In this document: positions 47,561 to 56,134 of the stretch, one piece after another
Position numbering within the stretch: position 1 is the stretch's first letter
Layout: every line of letters starts with the position of its first letter
Virus record (IMG/VR): IMGVR_UViG_3300028829_003504
Coordinates: 62,001 to 126,000 of that record
Strand: one strand, 5' to 3'
DNA: 64,000 nucleotides
Made by a program: the position numbers and the translations under genes
The notes under the pieces: model-generated
Told to the model about the DNA's origin: nothing
Database searches by the model: none
The model's input: the letters and a program-made list of their open reading frames with translations, nothing else

Positions 47561-48235
47561 ATGATAAAGCCAGCCCTTGTTCTGGCTTTTTCTGTTTTTG
47601 TGGTAGGATGTACTACTGAGAAGCAGAAGAGCCCGACACCCGTAGAAGAAAAGCCTTATACTTTAGTTTGGGTCGAGAGCACCCAGTCTATACCTAGCAA
47701 TGCTAACCAGTATAAGGCTGATATAATTAGACATGCCCAAGCGACTTTTGGGATCAATGCACCTATAAGTATACTGGCCGCACAGATTCATAAAGAGAGT
47801 ACATGGAGAGAGGACGCCAAGAGTCCTTACGCCGAAGGCTTAGCTCAATTTACACCACAGACGGAAGAGCACGTTAAGAACAAATATCCTGTGTTATCGT
47901 ATGGTGATGCACTAAATCCTATATGGTCTATACAGGCTCAGATGCTATACGACAATGAGCTTAAAACTAAAGTAGATGCCATAGACGAGTGTAACGACTG
48001 GGCCTTAACATTTGCAATGTATAACGGAGGTAGTGGTTGGATATGGAAAGAGAAAAATCTAGCAGAAGCTTCCGGGGTAGACAGGAATCAATATTTTGAT
48101 GGAGTTGAGAATTTTAATGGAGGACGTAGATTAAGTGCTAAGAAAGAAAACAGAGACTATCCTAGAAAGATAATACTAGAATTACAGATGATGTACCAAG
48201 AGGGAGGTTGGTCTGGAGTCATAATCTGTGATTAG
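47561..48235 (+). CDS. SLT-family lytic transglycosylase endolysin with lipoprotein-like signal
   Basis: AAQIHKES (catalytic Glu), A.GLAQF.P, YNGG.GW and ENRDYP.KI; N-terminal LAFSVFVVG|C. Confidence 0.85.
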   Translation: MIKPALVLAFSVFVVGCTTEKQKSPTPVEEKPYTLVWVESTQSIPSNANQYKADIIRHAQATFGINAPISILAAQIHKESTWREDAKSPYAEGLAQFTPQTEEHVKNKYPVLSYGDALNPIWSIQAQMLYDNELKTKVDAIDECNDWALTFAMYNGGSGWIWKEKNLAEASGVDRNQYFDGVENFNGGRRLSAKKENRDYPRKIILELQMMYQEGGWSGVIICD

Positions 48236-48257
48236 GGGGATTGGTTTTAAATCCCCT
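48236..48257. terminator. hairpin between convergent transcription units
   Basis: GGGGATT-GGTTTTA-AATCCCC between the stops at 48235 (+) and 48262 (-). Confidence 0.55.
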
Positions 48258-48261
48258 CCAT

Positions 48262-48783
48262 CTAGTAACTTGATGTATCACTACTGCCTACCATTGCAGG
48301 CAGGCGGTTGATAAGTTCTTTGACTTTCAATGCGGCCTTAGGGGGATTGTCTGATAGTATATCCTCAAGTTTACACATAGTAGTTTTCTCCAAGTCCTCT
48401 TTAGAATACAAACGGTTATGATAACTCCATAGTTCTATATTGAAGTCTATAAGCAACTTTCTCACATTAGAACCGTGAGTCTCGTACCGGGCTAGTAAGC
48501 AAACGGGGTCAACGTCGAATTTCTCGGCAATACCCATCAAGGTCAGTGTTGTATCTCCATAGTTAATGTTAATGGATCTAGATCTCTCCTCTAACCCGTA
48601 TAGCACGAATATAGATTGAAGGTCACTCTCATCAAGATCCATACCACGTATGATCTCTAAAGGGTTAGTACTATTTGAGGCGACAGCAATAAGTTTAGCG
48701 TATATTGGATTACTCATTGATTGCATCTCAAGATGCGCACAGGTTAGAGAACGTTTTATTTTCTTAGTAACAGTGGTTTGCAT
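48262..48783 (-). CDS. hypothetical protein (possible HTH-like segment)
   Basis: AGGA RBS; TLMGIAEKFDVDPVCLLARY. Confidence 0.65.
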   Translation of the reverse strand: MQTTVTKKIKRSLTCAHLEMQSMSNPIYAKLIAVASNSTNPLEIIRGMDLDESDLQSIFVLYGLEERSRSININYGDTTLTLMGIAEKFDVDPVCLLARYETHGSNVRKLLIDFNIELWSYHNRLYSKEDLEKTTMCKLEDILSDNPPKAALKVKELINRLPAMVGSSDTSSY

Positions 48784-48814
48784 GGTCTATTCCTTTTTAA
48801 AGCAGGCCAGATAC

Positions 48815-49555
48815 TTAAATTTTAGTTCTGACCTCAGAAGAATCAACGCCTAAAGAATCCAATATATCGCACATATCTAGTAATCTCTGTCGGAGTCGCC
48901 AGCTCTCCAAGGTATCAGAAGTAGTGTTTAATTTGGTCAATAATCGAGCAGTTCGACTTTTGTATGTGTCTATACTAGATGAAAAAACAGCCCCGTCAGA
49001 GTAGCTTTGGAGGCGTGTTAAAGCGCTTTGGGCGGTGTCCGTAGGGACTTCATCTAGCCACACTAGGCTTTTAGGGTTAACTTGCACATAGTCACTATGT
49101 AGCATAATATAAGGTTCTTTCTCTCCCCATACGGCCATAATCAAAAGATCATAGTCAGGCTTAACTAGTAATATGGGTTGGCACTCAAAACGCAGTTTGC
49201 CGTCAGGATTACCGAACGTAGTGTTGTGTACTAAGTCGGTCTTAGTGATATATGAGGCACTATCTATATCACTAAGTAATTGACGGCCAGCTAAGGTCCT
49301 AGTATCTGGAAAGTGTGCGTACAAATTATCATACCCACTTTCCACAACGAGACGTTTATGTCGAAACATAGGGTTATCTACCAAGTATGAATATGCAAGG
49401 TAAGGGTTTTGTTTTGAGTCAGCACCTATATCTTCCGCATCATACTTAGCAAGAACGTCCAATCTCGCTAGTCGTTCATCGGCCTTTAAAATTTGCAGAT
49501 TGCGAAGGCGAGAACTAAGCTCACCTCCAACCACTACGTAATAGTATAGGTTCAT
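48815..49555 (-). CDS. hypothetical protein
   Basis: 246-aa ORF in the packed run. Confidence 0.7.
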   Translation of the reverse strand: MNLYYYVVVGGELSSRLRNLQILKADERLARLDVLAKYDAEDIGADSKQNPYLAYSYLVDNPMFRHKRLVVESGYDNLYAHFPDTRTLAGRQLLSDIDSASYITKTDLVHNTTFGNPDGKLRFECQPILLVKPDYDLLIMAVWGEKEPYIMLHSDYVQVNPKSLVWLDEVPTDTAQSALTRLQSYSDGAVFSSSIDTYKSRTARLLTKLNTTSDTLESWRLRQRLLDMCDILDSLGVDSSEVRTKI

Positions 49556-50233
49556 TTACTTTCTTCTCTTGTGGGACCTTTTAGTCTTACCGATAGCGTG
49601 TTTTATTGTAGTCTTTAAGTACATCTGTCCTCTGATTTTCTTGGAGGCGTTGATGGCGTCAGCGGATGCACATATAGGACTTATAAATCTCTCGTCGTCG
49701 TCAATCTCCACTGCCCCTACTTTGTATATACCTGCGCCTGCATCGTCTATAAAAACATCGTTAAAGTCCGACATAGTAAAAGCTATTTGATAATCAGCAG
49801 AGGGTACTAATGGGTCTAGGCCACATCCTTCGGTAAAGTGTACTGCTTTAAGTCCGCAGTACTCACGGTAGTTGTATCTACTATCAGTACCCGTCAGTAG
49901 CACCACTAGCGTTACGTTACTTCTTTCGGCTACATCAATGAAATACTCCGGAGTGGTAATAGATCCATCTAAACAGTCAGGGTCAATAGACGCGAAGTGT
50001 TGTAATAACTTAGACTCATTATTATGTTGGGATTCTTTTATAGATACTATAAAATGACTATTGCTTTCATCTAACGTGATGGCTTCTACGAAAGGAGACA
50101 TCAATGCTGTGCATTGTATAAGTTCAAATAGCTGCTTCAATTCAGGACTGTCTGACTTGACATTTTTCTTCAAAGAACCAAAAGCCCAGTTCCATGTTTC
50201 GACATAGAAGTCGGATTTGTTTAATACGCCCAT
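49556..50233 (-). CDS. hypothetical protein
   Basis: AGGAG RBS and a basic C-terminal tail. Confidence 0.7.
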   Translation of the reverse strand: MGVLNKSDFYVETWNWAFGSLKKNVKSDSPELKQLFELIQCTALMSPFVEAITLDESNSHFIVSIKESQHNNESKLLQHFASIDPDCLDGSITTPEYFIDVAERSNVTLVVLLTGTDSRYNYREYCGLKAVHFTEGCGLDPLVPSADYQIAFTMSDFNDVFIDDAGAGIYKVGAVEIDDDERFISPICASADAINASKKIRGQMYLKTTIKHAIGKTKRSHKRRK

Positions 50234-50243
50234 GGTAATTCTC

Positions 50244-50783
50244 CTACAAAGTTATCTCAATGTGTTCGTCTATATAGTTCAATCTACTTATGTTATCTAC
50301 GTCAATAGATAGATTCTCAAGTGAATTTACTATGTCGCCAGGCATTACTGAAATCAAGTTGCCTTCAGGCAAGCCTATCTGTTTGGCTATTACATCGTAT
50401 TGAGATAAACATTCGGTGGATTTTATATCTATGAATGCCTGACTTAAGCTCAGTAGTACGTCATTCATCCAATGACCCGGATTGAATATCCTACCATTAC
50501 ACAGCAGTAGTACGTCAATATCATCTTCGCTAGTCATACCTCTTTTAGTCATAACTATGAAGGAAGTAGTTTGGGCATTACCAGTCGAATGAGGGTCGGA
50601 TTCATTAGATGTAGAATCAACACAGAAGATTTTATAATCTACATCTAATAAAATTTGAGACTCTACCTGCAGACTGTACATGAGATTAAGGCTGCCATCT
50701 ACATCTACTGTTTTTGGTATAGGCGCAATAGCCTTGATGACTTCAGGTAGCACATTAGGTTGAAATAGTTGTGAGTTCATCAT
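50244..50783 (-). CDS. hypothetical protein
   Basis: 179-aa ORF. Confidence 0.7.
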   Translation of the reverse strand: MMNSQLFQPNVLPEVIKAIAPIPKTVDVDGSLNLMYSLQVESQILLDVDYKIFCVDSTSNESDPHSTGNAQTTSFIVMTKRGMTSEDDIDVLLLCNGRIFNPGHWMNDVLLSLSQAFIDIKSTECLSQYDVIAKQIGLPEGNLISVMPGDIVNSLENLSIDVDNISRLNYIDEHIEITL

Positions 50784-50789
50784 ATTACC

Positions 50790-51362
50790 TTATCGTCTTG
50801 CTTTGAATTTATAAAGAATCAAAGTTCGATCAGGGTACTCTTCAAGTACTTCGTTTATAACAGGCACAATCAACTTTAAAGGAGTACCGTTGTTACCTAC
50901 ACCAGGCTGAGCCAATGCGATTCGCCCATGAGGGTAAAGGTTAAATAGCTGTCGCAGTGAATCTGCAAAATGTTTAAGGTTAATATGACCAGTGTGATCG
51001 CTATAGTGCTTCTTGGTCTTAAAGTTACCATAGCCGAACTGTATGTATAAGTTTACCAGGTCCGTACCTTTATCCGTAGTGCAAGCTTTAATTGTACCTA
51101 ATTTAGATTCGTTACCTTTACCGCTTTCTTTATCCACTTGGGAGAACTGTGGATATTTTTCAGAAAGAGTACGTAGTACGCCTACGCCCATGGCATTGAA
51201 GCAGTTCATGCCAACAGCAAGGACATCAAAGTCTTTACTGTTTAAATCTCGAAAGACGTTAGACTCACGCTCAACTATGCGAGAGGTACCCGTCTGAATT
51301 GTAGCTTTGGAGCCTATGCCCCCTGCCAGAAGTTCTTCTAATTTTTTGTTACTGACTTTCAT
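50790..51362 (-). CDS. macrodomain (ADP-ribose binding/hydrolase) protein
   Basis: G.NCFNAMGVGV....KYP....D....G...KLG, VNLY.QF.YG and IALAQPGVG.G match the phage macrodomain pattern. Confidence 0.75.
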   Translation of the reverse strand: MKVSNKKLEELLAGGIGSKATIQTGTSRIVERESNVFRDLNSKDFDVLAVGMNCFNAMGVGVLRTLSEKYPQFSQVDKESGKGNESKLGTIKACTTDKGTDLVNLYIQFGYGNFKTKKHYSDHTGHINLKHFADSLRQLFNLYPHGRIALAQPGVGNNGTPLKLIVPVINEVLEEYPDRTLILYKFKARR

Positions 51363-51437
51363 TTTTCTCTGTCTCCTAGAGGATAATTAAGTTAACTCAA
51401 GTTGAGTATTCCTTTATATTGATTATTGGTCTAATAT

Positions 51438-51878
51438 CTATTTACAGTTTTGTGATTCTTTAACCGTAGGATAAATAGATTCGTGTAAACTAGATACTTC
51501 TTTGCCGTAGTGTAGGTCAGCGTCTAAAGCGGTTATTTCATTTGCTTCATCAGGGAAGATAGCAGAGTCGTCATATACGAAGACCTTACCGTGACGTGAT
51601 ATTAGGTTGTACGCGAATGAGGCCATCTGGTCTAAAGTCTTACTGCCATACCGAATAGTTAAATCTACCCAGAACGTTCCGTTATCGAGCTTAGCAAGCA
51701 TGACCGCGTGTGGGTCATCCCCGGTAAAGAAACCTACAGGCTCAAACAGGTCTTGCTTAACGTCAAGCCAAGTACAACCAGTGAACATCTTATCCCGCTT
51801 AACAGCTTTGTTTGAGAAAAACTTCTCAAATGCCTCTGCATCATCAGGCTCTATAATAAATACGTAGTCTAAACTCAT
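51438..51878 (-). CDS. hypothetical protein
   Basis: 146-aa ORF. Confidence 0.7.
   Translation of the reverse strand: MSLDYVFIIEPDDAEAFEKFFSNKAVKRDKMFTGCTWLDVKQDLFEPVGFFTGDDPHAVMLAKLDNGTFWVDLTIRYGSKTLDQMASFAYNLISRHGKVFVYDDSAIFPDEANEITALDADLHYGKEVSSLHESIYPTVKESQNCK
51439..51448 (-). promoter_or_regulatory. candidate promoter element ACTGTAAATA
   Basis: Second copy of the motif, overlapping a stop codon upstream of the macrodomain gene. Confidence 0.4.
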
Positions 51879-51879
51879 G

Positions 51880-52329
51880 CTATTTCACCAACGATAAATG
51901 GGATTTCTTTTTAACGGGCGCTACTACTTCCGCAGGAGCCATTTGATTAATATAAGGGTTGAGCACTTCTTGGTACAACGTTTCGTTAGTAGGAGATATA
52001 GCAGTTAGGTTAATCATACTACCTACTGGTATAAACAAGTCAGTTGCCTTTCCTTCAAATCGAACTAACGTGTGAATAAATCCACCATCTATATTAAACA
52101 TACTGATAGCGTCAGGCGATACGTCAAGAGTAACACATAGGTTGTTAATCTTGTCTTCAGGTATTCCTTCAAATATACGCTTATTAGTTTCAGGATTAAC
52201 GACTAATATACGGCCGTATATCTTATTTACGTTATCGTCATTAGCCATCACGTCAATGATTGCAGTAATAAGGGCCGTGCGGACCTCATCGGCTAAAGGA
52301 TTATACCCACCTGTCTGTAACATTATCAT
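51880..52329 (-). CDS. sspB: SspB-like ClpXP specificity adaptor
   Basis: VTLDVSPDAI...I......VRFEGK...L.IPV..M core; C-terminal KKKSHLSLVK resembles the ClpX-binding tail (E. coli PALRVVK). Confidence 0.75.
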   Translation of the reverse strand: MIMLQTGGYNPLADEVRTALITAIIDVMANDDNVNKIYGRILVVNPETNKRIFEGIPEDKINNLCVTLDVSPDAISMFNIDGGFIHTLVRFEGKATDLFIPVGSMINLTAISPTNETLYQEVLNPYINQMAPAEVVAPVKKKSHLSLVK

Positions 52330-52338
52330 AGTGTTTCC

Positions 52339-53349
52339 TTATGTGAACATCAGCGATGTCATCTTGAATTTCTTTTTAAGTTTACGTATCTTGTCACCAT
52401 CGATCTCACCCATACGCATATCATCCATACTAGGTAAATCTTCGATGTCTATTTTAATACGTGCTAGTTTACGTGTTAGTGAGAAAGGAGGCAGTATGCC
52501 TTTCGTTCCTTTATCACCTCGCATTGCTCTCTTCCAAACGGCTGTACCCTTTATATCTTTACGTACTGCCTTTAGTTTACTTAACTTACCGTACTCGTTA
52601 AGTAACCCAACTGCCGTCTTAGATCCGATACCGTCGACGCCCGTAATGTTATCCACCTTATCACCGCATAGCATTAAGTACTCAATGATTTGGTTGACTT
52701 TAACTCCGAAATGTTTAATACATTCTTCGTCATTGCCTATCCTAACTTCAGGTAGCTTACCTTGAGCAGGCATAACATGCGTAACCTTACCTTCGACAGC
52801 AACCTGAGCAAAATCTTTATCACGACTTTGAAGTTCAATGATTGCATTGTCTTGGTTCTGGTAAGCTATACTTCCTAAGTAATCGTCGGCCTCATAAGGC
52901 GCGCCTATAACAACGCATATACCACTTGCCTTAAGGTATCGTTGAATCCATTTGATTTGCTCACGCATAGAGTCGGCAACCTCAGGGTCTTTACTACGAT
53001 TGCCTTTGTATGAATGAGAATGCTCTTTATCGTCGGGCTTTACCATGCCACAAGTTATAGCGCGTTTAGGATTCGATTCAACCCACTCTTCAATCAAGTC
53101 ATGGCGGAATGTTTTGAACGAAGGTACATCGAACGCAACACAGATACGATGGTCTTTAATGCCTTCGCGCTTACGTCTGTTTATCAAAGACATAATCATT
53201 GTGTTGAACCCTTTAATAGCATTGGTATTAAAGCCTTTACCATTATCGAGTTTACCAAAGCCTACTGCATAGAACGCACGGTTGGCCCAGTTGTTACCAT
53301 CAATTAGATCTAAGTGAGGTAATTGCTTCTTCTGTTTCTTCTTTGCCAT
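52339..53349 (-). CDS. 5'-3' exonuclease / flap endonuclease (Pol I N-terminal domain-like)
   Basis: LIDGNN..NRAFYA, VAFD, YKGNR, YEADD, SRDKDFAQ and LCGDKVDNITGVDGIGSKTA (H3TH). Confidence 0.92.
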   Translation of the reverse strand: MAKKKQKKQLPHLDLIDGNNWANRAFYAVGFGKLDNGKGFNTNAIKGFNTMIMSLINRRKREGIKDHRICVAFDVPSFKTFRHDLIEEWVESNPKRAITCGMVKPDDKEHSHSYKGNRSKDPEVADSMREQIKWIQRYLKASGICVVIGAPYEADDYLGSIAYQNQDNAIIELQSRDKDFAQVAVEGKVTHVMPAQGKLPEVRIGNDEECIKHFGVKVNQIIEYLMLCGDKVDNITGVDGIGSKTAVGLLNEYGKLSKLKAVRKDIKGTAVWKRAMRGDKGTKGILPPFSLTRKLARIKIDIEDLPSMDDMRMGEIDGDKIRKLKKKFKMTSLMFT

Positions 53350-53834
53350 TAGTAGATTATCTCGGATTTATGTTCGATGACGATAGTTGGATTGTTATCG
53401 GTCAGACGAATCTCATTAGTGTAGTGTGCCATACCGTTGTCTTCAAGGTTTGTGAAGATAGGTGACAAGAATGATTTCTTAAATTTATAATCTTCGCTGG
53501 AAGGTTCCAACTCATAGCCTAAGTGGATGATGCTGTCGTATCTACCTAACGTGTTGAGGACTGAACTACCTGCTGTCCTGAACTGAAAGATTACATTGTG
53601 TACAGGAGGAAGACAGGCATCTATATACATGTCGGCTAAGTACGGAATAGGTTTACCTAAATCTATATCACCCATCACTTTAGTATGAAGTTCCGATAAC
53701 GATTCTTCTGTGTTGAACTTAGAGGCGAGTGCTAGAACTAAAGACGACATACGTTCGCCACCTTCAGGTAGATGTATTTTAACGGCAGTAAAACCATTAC
53801 ATGTGATTGCTATTAAGCCTGAGTACTTAGTCAT
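53349..53834 (-). CDS. hypothetical protein
   Basis: AGGA RBS; downstream of ACTGTAAATA. Confidence 0.65.
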   Translation of the reverse strand: MTKYSGLIAITCNGFTAVKIHLPEGGERMSSLVLALASKFNTEESLSELHTKVMGDIDLGKPIPYLADMYIDACLPPVHNVIFQFRTAGSSVLNTLGRYDSIIHLGYELEPSSEDYKFKKSFLSPIFTNLEDNGMAHYTNEIRLTDNNPTIVIEHKSEIIY

Positions 53835-53865
53835 GCTATATTCCTAGTTATCTTCTATTACTCTC

Positions 53866-53875
53866 TATTTACAGT
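53866..53875 (-). promoter_or_regulatory. candidate promoter element ACTGTAAATA
   Basis: Third copy, between a terminator and the next start codon. Confidence 0.5.
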
Positions 53876-53889
53876 ATAGTGGAGACCTG

Positions 53890-53914
53890 AAAAAGGGCAG
53901 CCTGAGCCACCCTC
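53890..53914 (-). terminator. Rho-independent terminator
   Basis: Minus strand reads GAGGGTGGC-TCAG-GCTGCCC-TTTTT. Confidence 0.75.
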
Positions 53915-53916
53915 TT

Positions 53917-54195
53917 TTAGTCTTGCTCTTTAATTGAGCCCTTGGCAATTCTACCCGTATAGTCCTTGTAGACTTCTTTTAATGTATGCCTACCCATGTT
54001 CATTACTGACTCTACGAATAGGTAGTTAGGCGATGAATTAGGAAACGTTAAATCGTACAAGTTACGAAGCTCGGACTTAATATCTTCTGGGTCTTTACCA
54101 AGAGTGACGACCACAGAAACTCTGTTTGAAGCTTCATTCATGCTTATTAAAAGAGGTGTCACACAATGATGACACATTACCTGAGTCTTTAGCAT
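53917..54195 (-). CDS. small hypothetical protein
   Basis: 92-aa ORF with CxxC. Confidence 0.55.
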   Translation of the reverse strand: MLKTQVMCHHCVTPLLISMNEASNRVSVVVTLGKDPEDIKSELRNLYDLTFPNSSPNYLFVESVMNMGRHTLKEVYKDYTGRIAKGSIKEQD

Positions 54196-54207
54196 AATGA
54201 GTTAGAT

Positions 54208-54597
54208 CTAGTTCCAGGTCTCTTCCGCTTCATCGTCGTCCTCCTCCTCTTCATCGTCGTCATCTACACCAACGTACATTGTTACCAGTACTAAGACTGA
54301 TGGACATGGACCAGTCAATCGAATTACCTGAGTAACAAGGACCCCGCCTAGCTCTGAAATCTCCTCAGCTAAATCTCCTCCTAAATCAGCCAAGTAAGAC
54401 GCAAAAGCTGGTACCAAAAGCTCAGCAGTAGTGTAATCTATAATATCAGAGGCAGGTAGATACTCCTCCGCTACGTCTCCAAACCCTGATATAAGCTCTG
54501 CATGTTCTTGGTAATCGTCTAGACCCTCAGGTATGATAATTACTTTAGGTTCCGTTGTAAGTTCTATTTTAGCATATCCGAATAGTTGGTCGTTCAT
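54208..54597 (-). CDS. acidic hypothetical protein
   Basis: D/E-rich C-terminal tail; ATGA overlap. Confidence 0.7.
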   Translation of the reverse strand: MNDQLFGYAKIELTTEPKVIIIPEGLDDYQEHAELISGFGDVAEEYLPASDIIDYTTAELLVPAFASYLADLGGDLAEEISELGGVLVTQVIRLTGPCPSVLVLVTMYVGVDDDDEEEEDDDEAEETWN

Positions 54598-54917
54598 TTT
54601 GATGTCCTTAATGTATGTGCTTTATGTAACGCACGGAGTTTCGTTTCGTTTGTAGACTCAACCATAGCGTAATAGTACTCGTAGGTTAAATCGGGGTTAT
54701 CTGAGATCTGCATAGGAGTATACTTAGAGTAAAAATCAGCGCTGACAATTGATGTCAACTCCTTAATGTAGTCCATTTGATCTTGCTTACTCAGTAGGTT
54801 ATCTATATCTAGATCAAATGAATTCCAGCTTCCCTCTCCTACTAAAGAAGAGGTATAGCCTCCCATATACTGGTCTGCATACCACTTAGTGAGTTCTTCT
54901 AATGTAGTTTCTTCCAT
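54594..54917 (-). CDS. hypothetical protein
   Basis: GGAGG RBS. Confidence 0.7.
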   Translation of the reverse strand: MEETTLEELTKWYADQYMGGYTSSLVGEGSWNSFDLDIDNLLSKQDQMDYIKELTSIVSADFYSKYTPMQISDNPDLTYEYYYAMVESTNETKLRALHKAHTLRTSK

Positions 54918-54926
54918 GTCACCTCC

Positions 54927-55289
54927 TTAAATATCAAATAAGAAACCATTCACAGTAGCGTTAGACTTAGATAGAAGGCTTACATCTGAAACTGTGCCGT
55001 CTAGAAAGTAATTAACTTTCTGGATGACTAGGCCCATAGCCACAATAAAGGGTTCTGGAAATTCACTGATGTTGGTTAGCACTTTTATATCACTACTGAG
55101 AGTAAGGTCGGTAATATTGTCACCACTAGCTGTACTAAGGTAAACGTATTCAGGAACAACTCTATCTTTAAAGCTGAACCTAACGCCTATCCCGTATTGA
55201 GGAGATTTAACACATTGGAATATAAGTCTCAAACCAATAGAATCGGGCTTCTTCTTTTTAAGTCTATCTGCAAAAGTTACTATATCCAT
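54927..55289 (-). CDS. hypothetical protein
   Basis: TAATG overlap. Confidence 0.7.
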   Translation of the reverse strand: MDIVTFADRLKKKKPDSIGLRLIFQCVKSPQYGIGVRFSFKDRVVPEYVYLSTASGDNITDLTLSSDIKVLTNISEFPEPFIVAMGLVIQKVNYFLDGTVSDVSLLSKSNATVNGFLFDI

Positions 55290-56134
55290 TATCTTAAACT
55301 CGCTTGTCGTGCTGTCTCAATAGGTGATATATAATCACCTTGGTTCATCTTCTTAACTTTCAGTAGGACCGAACTCATACGCTTTGATATACGCTCAGGC
55401 AGTACGTTCCTTAAATGCGTATACGTAGCGACATTAAGTGGGTAGAAACCTACCTGGGATCTAAAAAATAGTTCATTCTCAAGTTCCTCTCGCAAGTGTT
55501 CTTTTATATGGCCCGGAGAAGTAAGGCGCTCCATGGCAATCAATTTAAACAAAGCTCTGTAAAAATGATCAAGAAAGAATGTAATATCAGGCTGATCAAA
55601 GAAATAGACAGGCATTATTATAGCCATGTCTACATACAGCTTCCAGTACTCTTCTTCGGACTTTAAGTTTAAGGCGCGTCCTTTGTCATCAAGTTTGAAT
55701 TTACTTTGATTTACGTCCACTGAGTCAAACAAAGCCCGGTCCATCGAACGCGCAAATAACTCACGGTCTTGCTGTAGGTGCATTCTAGTCAATGAGGCGG
55801 TCAGTATGTTATTTGAATTCTCGTAGTAGCCGAGATTGAATAAGTATGGCTCGTTAATCTCACGTCTCCAAAGGTAAGCGCCTCGTGCTGTAAATCTAGG
55901 ACGGTCGGAACCGTCTTTGAATCCAAAAGAGTATAAGTTACCTGCATTACGCTTACTAATACTTTTAAATATAGAATAATAAAAAGAGTCTAATAGTTCT
56001 TTCTGTAATTCCATTATTTCTTTATAGGTAGGGCTCATGCCGCTTGCTTTACGTACGGCAGTCTTTACTTTATTCTTACGCGACAATATGGATGAATACC
56101 ACTTGCTTAGTTTTTTAAACATATTAAAGTCCAC
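55289..56134 (-). CDS. hypothetical protein downstream of portal
   Basis: 281-aa ORF. Confidence 0.7.
   Translation of the reverse strand: MDFNMFKKLSKWYSSILSRKNKVKTAVRKASGMSPTYKEIMELQKELLDSFYYSIFKSISKRNAGNLYSFGFKDGSDRPRFTARGAYLWRREINEPYLFNLGYYENSNNILTASLTRMHLQQDRELFARSMDRALFDSVDVNQSKFKLDDKGRALNLKSEEEYWKLYVDMAIIMPVYFFDQPDITFFLDHFYRALFKLIAMERLTSPGHIKEHLREELENELFFRSQVGFYPLNVATYTHLRNVLPERISKRMSSVLLKVKKMNQGDYISPIETARQASLR

Noticed and set aside
52142-52765. 207-aa plus-strand ORF
   Set aside because: Overlaps the well-supported sspB-like and exonuclease genes on the opposite strand and lacks motifs.
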